A DNA stretch of 32,000 nucleotides from Promethearchaeota archaeon (GTDB taxonomy: Archaea > Asgardarchaeota > Thorarchaeia > Thorarchaeales > Thorarchaeaceae): positions 60,990-92,989 of the forward strand of contig JALVPN010000110.1 of the NCBI GenBank assembly GCA_027031765.1, written 5' to 3'. Of this stretch, positions 25,070 to 32,000 are shown one piece after another. The stretch's first letter is position 1; the number at the start of each line of letters is the position of its first letter. A program made the translations under genes and the position numbers. The notes under the pieces were generated by a model, which was not told the origin of the DNA, did not search any database, and saw only the letters and a program-made list of their open reading frames with translations.

Positions 25070-25081
25070 AGATACGCCTGC

Positions 25082-25951
25082 TCAAAGCATGTCCTTGAGC
25101 AGCCTCGCGACATCGCTGGGCCGGTCGGCGACTGGCACGTCAGCGTCATTGAATGCCTGGATCTTGGCTGCGGCAGTGCCACTGCTGCCACTGATGATTG
25201 CGCCTGCGTGCCCCATGCGCTTACCCGGTGGGGCAGTCCTCCCTGCAATGAACGCCACCACAGGCATGTTGATATGTTCCTTTATGTAGGTCGCGGCCCT
25301 CTCCTCAGCGTCGCCACCAATCTCTCCCACAAGGACGAGTGCTCTCGTGTCGCTGTCTTGCTGGAACAGTCTGATGGCCTCCACAGGCGTCAGCCCCACA
25401 CACGGGTCACCACCAAGTCCGATTGCGGTGGATATCCCGATACCCGCATTGGTCATCCCTGCTGCAATCTCGTATGTGAGCGTCCCGCTCCTTGACATCA
25501 GTCCGACCACTCCGTCCATGAATACATGGCCTGGCATGATCCCGAGCTTCTGGCGTGCGCCCGGGGTGATGATGCCGGGAGTGTTTGGCCCGATGATGGT
25601 GACGCCTCTCCGACGTGCGGTGTGGATCACTCGCATCTCGTCTTGGACAGGCACATGCTCCGTGATTATCACAACCGGGTCGAGCCCGGCAGCAATCGCT
25701 TCGAGTGCAGCGTCCCCCGCAAACGGCGCCGGCACAAAGATGACCGATGCTGTGGCGTCGTGCTCTTCTTTTGCTTGCCGCACACTGTCGTAGACCGGTA
25801 CCCCATTGACCTCTGCCCCTCCCTTTCCTGGCGTCACTCCCGCAACCACACGGGTGCCGTACTCAAGCATTGCAGCCGAGTGGAATGTCCCCTGGCTACC
25901 AGTAATACCTTGGATGATGACGCGAGTGTCCTTGTCCACAAGCACAGCCAT
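25082..25951 (-). CDS. sucD: Succinate-CoA ligase alpha subunit
   Basis: IQGITGSQG, IIGPNTPG, SRSGTLTYE, GEIGG and RMGHAGA (phospho-His). Confidence 0.96.
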   Translation of the reverse strand: MAVLVDKDTRVIIQGITGSQGTFHSAAMLEYGTRVVAGVTPGKGGAEVNGVPVYDSVRQAKEEHDATASVIFVPAPFAGDAALEAIAAGLDPVVIITEHVPVQDEMRVIHTARRRGVTIIGPNTPGIITPGARQKLGIMPGHVFMDGVVGLMSRSGTLTYEIAAGMTNAGIGISTAIGLGGDPCVGLTPVEAIRLFQQDSDTRALVLVGEIGGDAEERAATYIKEHINMPVVAFIAGRTAPPGKRMGHAGAIISGSSGTAAAKIQAFNDADVPVADRPSDVARLLKDML

Positions 25952-25952
25952 T

Positions 25953-27098
25953 TCATGCCGCCTCCTTCACCAGTTCTACGACTTTCGCCGCTGCTTCCTC
26001 CATTGTCTTCAGGAACGGAATCCCTGCCTCTTGGAGTATCCGCTGTCCCTCCTCCTCGTTAGTGCCCACCATCCGTATGACTAGTGGTACCTTTACGTCG
26101 CCGTCCTCACGTGCGGAAACAATCCCCTTTGCCACCTCGTCGCACCTGGTGATGCCACCCATTATGTTCACGAGGATTGCCTTGACCTTCGGGTACATCA
26201 TTGCAATCTCGATGCCCTTCTCTACCCGCTTGGCATCGGCGCCGCCCCCGAGGTCGAGGAACGTGCTGGCCCTGCCACCGTGGAGCGCGACCGCATCCAG
26301 TGTGGCCATTGTCAGGCCCGCACCGTTGCAGATGCATGCTATATCACCGTCCAGCTCCACATAGGCCATGTCGTGCTCTGCCGCGAGCCGTTCGCGTTCG
26401 TTCTGTTCGACAGGAGCACGTCTGAGGGCCTCGACCAGGTCTTTGTGCCGGTAGAGGGCATTGTCATCGATGTTGAGACGCGCGTCTGCTGCAAGGAACC
26501 GCCCGTCCTCGGTCAGGATTAACGGGTTGATCTCGGTGAGCTCGACATCGTACTGTGTTACAATTCTCCAGAGCTTCACGAAGAAGGATGCAAGCCCGTG
26601 GATCTGCTTGCCCCTGAAGCCCATCGCAATGGCTATCTCTCTGGCCTCGAAGGGCTGGAGTCCTAGGTCTGGGTCGACATACCTCTTGATGATCTTCTCA
26701 GGGCTCTCCTCGGCAAGCTCCTCTATAGACATGCCCCCTGCTGCGCTCCCTATCACCACGTACTTCCGTTCATTGCGGTCGACGGTTATCCCAACATATA
26801 TCTCCTGCCTGATGTTGAGCTTTTCCTCCACGAGCACTGTCTCGACGGGCAGGTCGTTGATACGCATGGCGAGGATCTGCTCAGCAACAGATGCAGCTCG
26901 TTCGGGCGTGTCTGCAAAACGTACTCCGCCAGCCTTTCCGCGTTTTCCTGTCAGGACCTGTGCCTTTACCACCACTGGCCTCCCAATCTCTGCAGCCCTC
27001 TCTCTTGCCTCGTCGGGCGTCCGGGCCACACCACTCGGAGGCGTGGGGATGGCGAACTTGCGGAAAATCTCTTTGGCCTCATGCTCAAACAGTTTCAT
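25953..27098 (-). CDS. sucC: Succinate-CoA ligase (ADP-forming) beta subunit
   Basis: MKLFEHEAK, KAQVLTGKRGKAGGV, EINPL, NGAGLTMAT, FLDLGGG and GGITRCD. ATG at 27098. Confidence 0.96.
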   Translation of the reverse strand: MKLFEHEAKEIFRKFAIPTPPSGVARTPDEARERAAEIGRPVVVKAQVLTGKRGKAGGVRFADTPERAASVAEQILAMRINDLPVETVLVEEKLNIRQEIYVGITVDRNERKYVVIGSAAGGMSIEELAEESPEKIIKRYVDPDLGLQPFEAREIAIAMGFRGKQIHGLASFFVKLWRIVTQYDVELTEINPLILTEDGRFLAADARLNIDDNALYRHKDLVEALRRAPVEQNERERLAAEHDMAYVELDGDIACICNGAGLTMATLDAVALHGGRASTFLDLGGGADAKRVEKGIEIAMMYPKVKAILVNIMGGITRCDEVAKGIVSAREDGDVKVPLVIRMVGTNEEEGQRILQEAGIPFLKTMEEAAAKVVELVKEAA

Positions 27099-27167
27099 GT
27101 TCCTCACCGCAGGCTCCGGGCCTATTCGAGTCCGGCAATGGCGGCCTCAGTTGTCGTCAATAAAAGC

Positions 27168-29396
27168 TTAGCTGATAGACCCAAGTAGGTGCTCAAGGTT
27201 CTCACGCAAGGATGCCGCCTCGTCCTGTAGGCGCCTCGCCTCAGCACTGTCGTACATCTGTGTGATTATGCTCACTGCGTACAGTGCCTCTTCCAGACAG
27301 TTCTCCACGAGGCCCGGCAGGTCAGTGGGACGGCTTGCCAGTGCTTCAATACTCTCTGCAGGGACACTGTCAAGCACCCTCTGTACCATGTCCCTCGGAT
27401 ATCCTGTTTCCCTCTCAACAATCTTCTTGAGGAGTGCCCCCAGTGTTGTCGCCCCGACCGACAGCGCCTGCATGACAGCCCTGGCATCGCGTGCGGGTAC
27501 TCCGAGGAGTGCGACGCTGCGCCCCAGAGGTGTGCACCTCATAGTCTTCCCCTCCCGGACGAGCAGACCGCTCTTCTGGAGCTCACCAATCACCTCAAGA
27601 CCACGCAGGGCGGGCCTGATTACTGTGCTTGCGTACGGGCGGGTGTCGGGGTCTTCGAGTGCATACTGTGCGAACTTGACCAGGTGCTTACACAGTCTGT
27701 GTTTCCGTAGGCCCTGGTACTTCCACGATTCACAGGAGCAGGAAACCCCGTCTGCGGCACGCAGTTCAACATAGTGCCATAGTTCACGGCTAGTGCTCTT
27801 TACAATCCCACTTATGCGGGTCGGCGAGACCGCCACCACTCTCACATCGCCGTCTGGGATTGCCTCAGCCCTCTTGACCGCATCACGTGTTGCACGCATC
27901 GCAATCAGTCCCTCTATGGAGGCGGTTTCCACCAGAGAGACCGTTTCCGCTGTTGATGGGTCTCTCTGGCTGGCGACAGCCCAGAGCGTCCTCTTGAGCA
28001 CGCTGGACAGGCCCTGTGCCCTCCGCCTCCGGTCACACAGGTGTAGCAACGCCAGGTCAAGCAGGTTCTCCGGGTCGTCCATCGAGCTGACCACCTCCCC
28101 AAGTCGTGGGACTATGTTCCCCTGACTGTCGTGGCGGAAGTACTTTGCAAGCACACGCTGTCTTTCGCCCTCGCTGTTCACGACCACGATGCCGAATGCG
28201 TCGTTGTCCTGACCCCAGCGGCCTGCGGAGTTGAGCACCTCATTCATCTGCCACTCGGTGAGCATTGTGAGCTCACCACCATCGGACAGGTCACCCCCGA
28301 CATCTTGCATGAACACGCCTATCACAAAGACGGTCGTCGCCCGGATGCCACTGGCGATGGCAAAGCGTATTGGTATGATGACCACTGGTATCACCCCCTC
28401 TTCCCATCCGCGTGACACTGCGCGTCGCTGCTCTTTGGACAGCCCCTCGTGCATGAAGGCGACCCCCCTTGTAATCATCATGCCGAGCCTTCCGGTCACC
28501 TCGCACCTCGGATAGTGCCTCATCACATTCCCTGCAATCTCCCTGAGGACGTCACGGTGTTCCGGTGTCAGACGCAGGTCAAGGACTGCACTCCCCTCAG
28601 TATTGTCAACGCCGGAGAGCTCGCCAGCAAGGTGCTCGCACGTCTCGATGTCGGAACACAGTATCATGGTCTGGCCATGTCTGTAGTGTACAAACTCGGT
28701 CAGGTCAGCCAACGAGTCGCCAATGTCCTCGAACGCCTTGACGCTGAATATCCTCCTTATGTCTGCGCGCTTGTCCTCGACCACGGTGGCGTCGAGCCAC
28801 CTGCTGAGAGGCCCGGTCTCTGATACTGGCGGACACACTGCGATGTACTGTACCCCGGGCTGGCGGATCATCAGTGTTGCAAGTATGGTCTCAAGGTGTG
28901 CTCCAAGCTTCGGCTGTCCAATCAGGTCCAGCCGTTCAATCACCACACACCTTACATCTTCGATGACCGCAGGGTTGACCCGCATTGCGATGTCCACGGA
29001 ACGGTACGTCCCCACGACCACCCGGCCAACACGTCGCATCGGCAGGTACGCCTCTCTTCTCCGTGTTATTCCTGTGGTCTCCACGCCCAGACGACGACAC
29101 TTGTGACCGACCGACTGGAGGCGTTGTTCGGCCTGGTGGGGGTTTGGGCACAGGAACAACACCCTTGAACCGACGCTGGATGCAATGATGTTCAGCGCCG
29201 CAATTTCCGCAATCTGGTACGCCTCATTGTAGTCGTGTGTCAGGAGGATCTGGCTCCGCCCCTGGACTATGCCATTGTCAAGCGCTTCTCTCTGAAAGCC
29301 TGTCAGCTCCCTGAGGCCCATCCTCCTGAGGACTTCCAGTAGGCGTGGGGAGACCTGTTCGAGTTCGAGTTCTCTGAGAGTGCTCAATGGCGTCAC
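27168..29396 (-). CDS. Hel308/Ski2-like pseudo-helicase with a SWIM zinc finger
   Basis: Q-motif (LTGFQREAL), GVAFMHEGL and SAGRWG are retained. Walker A is replaced by LTHDYNEAY and Walker B by VIERLD. CSCESWKYQGLRKHRLCKH is a SWIM C-x-C-xn-C-x-H pattern. Confidence 0.78.
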   Translation of the reverse strand: MTPLSTLRELELEQVSPRLLEVLRRMGLRELTGFQREALDNGIVQGRSQILLTHDYNEAYQIAEIAALNIIASSVGSRVLFLCPNPHQAEQRLQSVGHKCRRLGVETTGITRRREAYLPMRRVGRVVVGTYRSVDIAMRVNPAVIEDVRCVVIERLDLIGQPKLGAHLETILATLMIRQPGVQYIAVCPPVSETGPLSRWLDATVVEDKRADIRRIFSVKAFEDIGDSLADLTEFVHYRHGQTMILCSDIETCEHLAGELSGVDNTEGSAVLDLRLTPEHRDVLREIAGNVMRHYPRCEVTGRLGMMITRGVAFMHEGLSKEQRRAVSRGWEEGVIPVVIIPIRFAIASGIRATTVFVIGVFMQDVGGDLSDGGELTMLTEWQMNEVLNSAGRWGQDNDAFGIVVVNSEGERQRVLAKYFRHDSQGNIVPRLGEVVSSMDDPENLLDLALLHLCDRRRRAQGLSSVLKRTLWAVASQRDPSTAETVSLVETASIEGLIAMRATRDAVKRAEAIPDGDVRVVAVSPTRISGIVKSTSRELWHYVELRAADGVSCSCESWKYQGLRKHRLCKHLVKFAQYALEDPDTRPYASTVIRPALRGLEVIGELQKSGLLVREGKTMRCTPLGRSVALLGVPARDARAVMQALSVGATTLGALLKKIVERETGYPRDMVQRVLDSVPAESIEALASRPTDLPGLVENCLEEALYAVSIITQMYDSAEARRLQDEAASLRENLEHLLGSIS

Positions 29397-29605
29397 CAGA
29401 ATGGTTGCCTCGAATGCGCATCCGCCCGTGATACGGAGCGTGCCCTAAAAAAGATGGTGGCCGGCAATGAATGGTCGCGCGCACCTCTTTTTCGAAAGAC
29501 CGGCACCCACGTCAGCTATATGCTCACACATACATAGGCTGAAAAGGGCTCCACCTGTACAGCTGACGTGACGATTCGAGACTATGACATAAGGACTGGA
29601 TGTAG

Positions 29606-30346
29606 ATGGTTTCTGGTATCAGAAAGGACTACACCTTCGAGATAATCTTTAGGGACGGGTTTGAGATTCCCCCTGGTGCTGTGTTCATGTGCGGCTTTCA
29701 TGGGCTGGGCCAGGTGGGCTTCCTCAGCATCGCGCACCTTGCAAGGGCCCTCGATGCCGAACGGGTCGGCCTTATCAGGAGTGACATGCTGCCGATGTTC
29801 GTGTCCATGGAGAACGGTCACTTGGCACTCCCGTTCGAGATGTACTTCTATGCACCCGGTAACCTCGTGTTCCTGCTGCCAAGGTTCCAACCACACCAGA
29901 GCGAGCAGTGGAACTTCATCGACTGTCTGGCCAACTGGATTGTTGACTCCCAGTTCGACGAGTCCATACTCCTTGGTGGGCTGGATGCCAGTTTCAAAGA
30001 GGACGACGAGAACCTGCGGTGTGTACCGACAACTGCCTACTTTCCCCGTCTTGAGAGGTGGTCTGTTCCACTGCTTGAGGAGGGGCTGTTTGTTGCCGGG
30101 CCACTCGCCCTGCTCCTCGCACAGCTTGAGATGCGTGGCGTCCCTGGTCTCGGCCTGCTGTCCTATGCAACACGCGCCCGTCCCGACCCACGGTCAGCCG
30201 CCGTGATGTTGGAGAAGATAAACTCCGTCCTGGGGATTGACGCCAATGTGGACCAGTTGATTGAAGAGAGCAAGGAGATTGAGCGACGGGAGAAAATCCG
30301 GCAGTCCATAGAGTCCGAGGACCGGTCGCCGGACATGTACGTGTAG
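29606..30346 (+). CDS. PAC2 family proteasome assembly chaperone
   Basis: GFHGLGQVGFLS, ILLGG, VAGPLALLL and PDPRSAA. Confidence 0.88.
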   Translation: MVSGIRKDYTFEIIFRDGFEIPPGAVFMCGFHGLGQVGFLSIAHLARALDAERVGLIRSDMLPMFVSMENGHLALPFEMYFYAPGNLVFLLPRFQPHQSEQWNFIDCLANWIVDSQFDESILLGGLDASFKEDDENLRCVPTTAYFPRLERWSVPLLEEGLFVAGPLALLLAQLEMRGVPGLGLLSYATRARPDPRSAAVMLEKINSVLGIDANVDQLIEESKEIERREKIRQSIESEDRSPDMYV

Positions 30347-30465
30347 TGTCATCTGACTGGCCCAGGCCATCTGTGCCCCAACACGGGGGGCTGGCCGTGG
30401 GACTGGGCCTGGTCCCATACGACCCCCCTGCTCTATGGCCTGCGGTCGGTCAGCCGACCAACCCG

Positions 30466-31008
30466 TCATCCCCCGTGCCGGACAAACCAGCCAATGTCGA
30501 CTAGGTTCCTCGCAACGAGGTCATCGTCGCTCAACAGTTTCAGTCTCTCCGCGTCCACTGACAGTACGGCAAGCCCAAGACAGTGCCCGTCCTCGTCGAC
30601 CACAACAACTTTCCGTCCCCGTCTGAGTCCCGCCGGTATGTCTACTACGGACTCCCTGATAATACTGCGTCCATATGTGAAGGCCTCAGCACCACGGCGT
30701 GACACGACCAGTCGCACTCTGGTGAACTCTGACAGCCTCCTGACTGCACTCAGGCTGAGTCTGACCTGCTCTCCGACAATGTCCGCAAGGGCCTCCCCGG
30801 CATGGCGCAGCTCAAACTCGTCGTGATCCATTTCTAGGAGGTCAAGCCACTGTACAGGCACCATGAACACCGTGTAGCCCTTTCTTGTGGGGACACGCAC
30901 AGGAGTCCTGTCCCTCAGCATGTGTGCTGTGGCGCCGGCACCGAAGTTGTTGTCAATCCATGTCTGAATCCTCTCCCACTCCTCGGGACTCATTGGTTCG
31001 GCCCACAC
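30466..31008 (-). CDS. NIP7/UPF0113 PUA-domain ribosome biogenesis protein
   Basis: C-terminal AEAFTYGRSII...VVVVDEDGHCLGLA...NLVDIGWFVRHG. Directly downstream of NOP2. GTG at 31008 after GGAGG; the longer track ORF overlaps NOP2. Confidence 0.8.
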   Translation of the reverse strand: MWAEPMSPEEWERIQTWIDNNFGAGATAHMLRDRTPVRVPTRKGYTVFMVPVQWLDLLEMDHDEFELRHAGEALADIVGEQVRLSLSAVRRLSEFTRVRLVVSRRGAEAFTYGRSIIRESVVDIPAGLRRGRKVVVVDEDGHCLGLAVLSVDAERLKLLSDDDLVARNLVDIGWFVRHGG

Positions 31009-31012
31009 CGTT

Positions 31013-31984
31013 TCATTCCTCCTTACGTATCTTGCATATGAAGAACCCTTCTGTCCCGTCAGTGTGTGGCAGAAAACGTCTTGCCCGTGCAATTGTCGAG
31101 TCCAGCTGGACGCCGTATGGACTTGTGTATGCAGGTATTCCGAATGCACTCCCGACCTCCTCGAGGACGACGTCGTCCCGTCGTCTGAGAATGCCGTCCA
31201 CAACGAACTCGTCCTCCTCTGGTGCAATCGAACAGGTGGCATAGACAAGGATTCCGCCAGGTCTGAGGGCACCCAGTGCTGCATCGAGCATCTCGTCCTG
31301 ACGGGTGGCACAGTACCTGATGTCCGCCATTGACTTGCTCGTCTTCCTCGACGGGTCGCGGGGTATCAGCCCCTCCCCTGAACATGGTGCATCAAGCAAG
31401 ATCCTGTCCGGACTGATGCCCAGCCGTCCGACTCTCCTCGCATCGCCCCGCAGCACAACCGTGTTGTTGACGCCACAGCGGGCAAGGTTCCCCCGGAGGG
31501 CCCCTATCCTCTGCTCGTCTGTGTCCATGGCGACAACTAGCCCCGTGTTGTGCATTCTCTGGGCGATGTGGGTCGTCTTACCGCCCGGCGCAGCAGCCAG
31601 GTCCATCACCACCTCGCCTGGTCTCGGATCCAGGATGTGGACGGCTGTCATCGATGGCACGCTCTGGACATAGTAGTATCCCCACATGTACTCGAACAGA
31701 GCGCCCGGTGACACATCGCCGAACTCAGCTAGGTACCCCTCCTCAAGCCACGGGACTTGAGTCAGTACGACACCTTTCTTGGTCAGGCGTCCGACCACCT
31801 CGTCGGCAGTCGTCAGGAGAGTGTTGACCCTGATTGCCCTCTTCACGGGCCTCTCACAGGCCTCTATGAAGCGCAGGGTCTCCTCCTCACCCCATAGCGC
31901 TAGGTACCGCTCGACCATATACGGGAGATAGCCATGTACCTCCGAAATCTGCTTTGCGCGTTGTCTGATCTCCCGTCTACTCAT
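31013..31984 (-). CDS. NOL1/NOP2/RsmB family RNA m5C methyltransferase
   Basis: YVQSVPSM, DLAAAPGGKT, LLDAPCSGEG, YATCSIAPEEDE and HTDGTEGFFIC. Confidence 0.93.
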   Translation of the reverse strand: MSRREIRQRAKQISEVHGYLPYMVERYLALWGEEETLRFIEACERPVKRAIRVNTLLTTADEVVGRLTKKGVVLTQVPWLEEGYLAEFGDVSPGALFEYMWGYYYVQSVPSMTAVHILDPRPGEVVMDLAAAPGGKTTHIAQRMHNTGLVVAMDTDEQRIGALRGNLARCGVNNTVVLRGDARRVGRLGISPDRILLDAPCSGEGLIPRDPSRKTSKSMADIRYCATRQDEMLDAALGALRPGGILVYATCSIAPEEDEFVVDGILRRRDDVVLEEVGSAFGIPAYTSPYGVQLDSTIARARRFLPHTDGTEGFFICKIRKEE

Positions 31985-32000
31985 CAGGTGTCCTCTCCAG

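Noticed and set aside
24733-25248. 171-aa minus ORF whose stop overlaps the rpl40e ATG, and plus ORFs 24548-25060 and 24634-25098
   Set aside because: They overlap sucD or rpl40e out of frame and have Pro/Cys/Ser-rich composition typical of GC shadow ORFs.

Overview
Archaeal core-genome window, roughly 55-60% GC by hand-counted lines. The gene set (eL38, NusA2-like, Alba, SepF, aCPSF1/FttA, PAC2, NIP7, CCA-encoding tRNAs) fits TACK/Asgard, probably Thorarchaeota (inference, no search run). Most of it is housekeeping: psmB-aCPSF1, pus10/rpl21e-rpoF-DUF655-rsmA-hemK-FKBP, lsm-rpl37e, sucCD, NOP2-NIP7, truD, pth2, two geranylgeranyl-reductase-family genes and dut. Features the ORF track does not show: (1) four minus-strand tRNA genes, three with 29-30 nt introns at non-canonical positions. 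Val-GAC and Phe-GAA have them at 56/57 in the T-loop within an identical T-arm, and Ala-GGC at 20/21 in the D-loop, each with a readable relaxed bulge-helix-bulge splice motif. (2) Two divergent Hel308/Ski2-like paralogues: one fused to an N-terminal winged helix, one lacking Walker A/B and carrying a SWIM zinc finger. (3) An exact 38-nt repeat / 38-nt spacer / 38-nt repeat at the aCPSF1 3' end. (4) A ~235-nt structured ncRNA candidate between rpl40e and sucD. (5) A low-GC methyltransferase insert between pus10 and rpl21e. (6) A decayed CPBP protease pseudogene. (7) rpl40e, which is too short for the ORF track.
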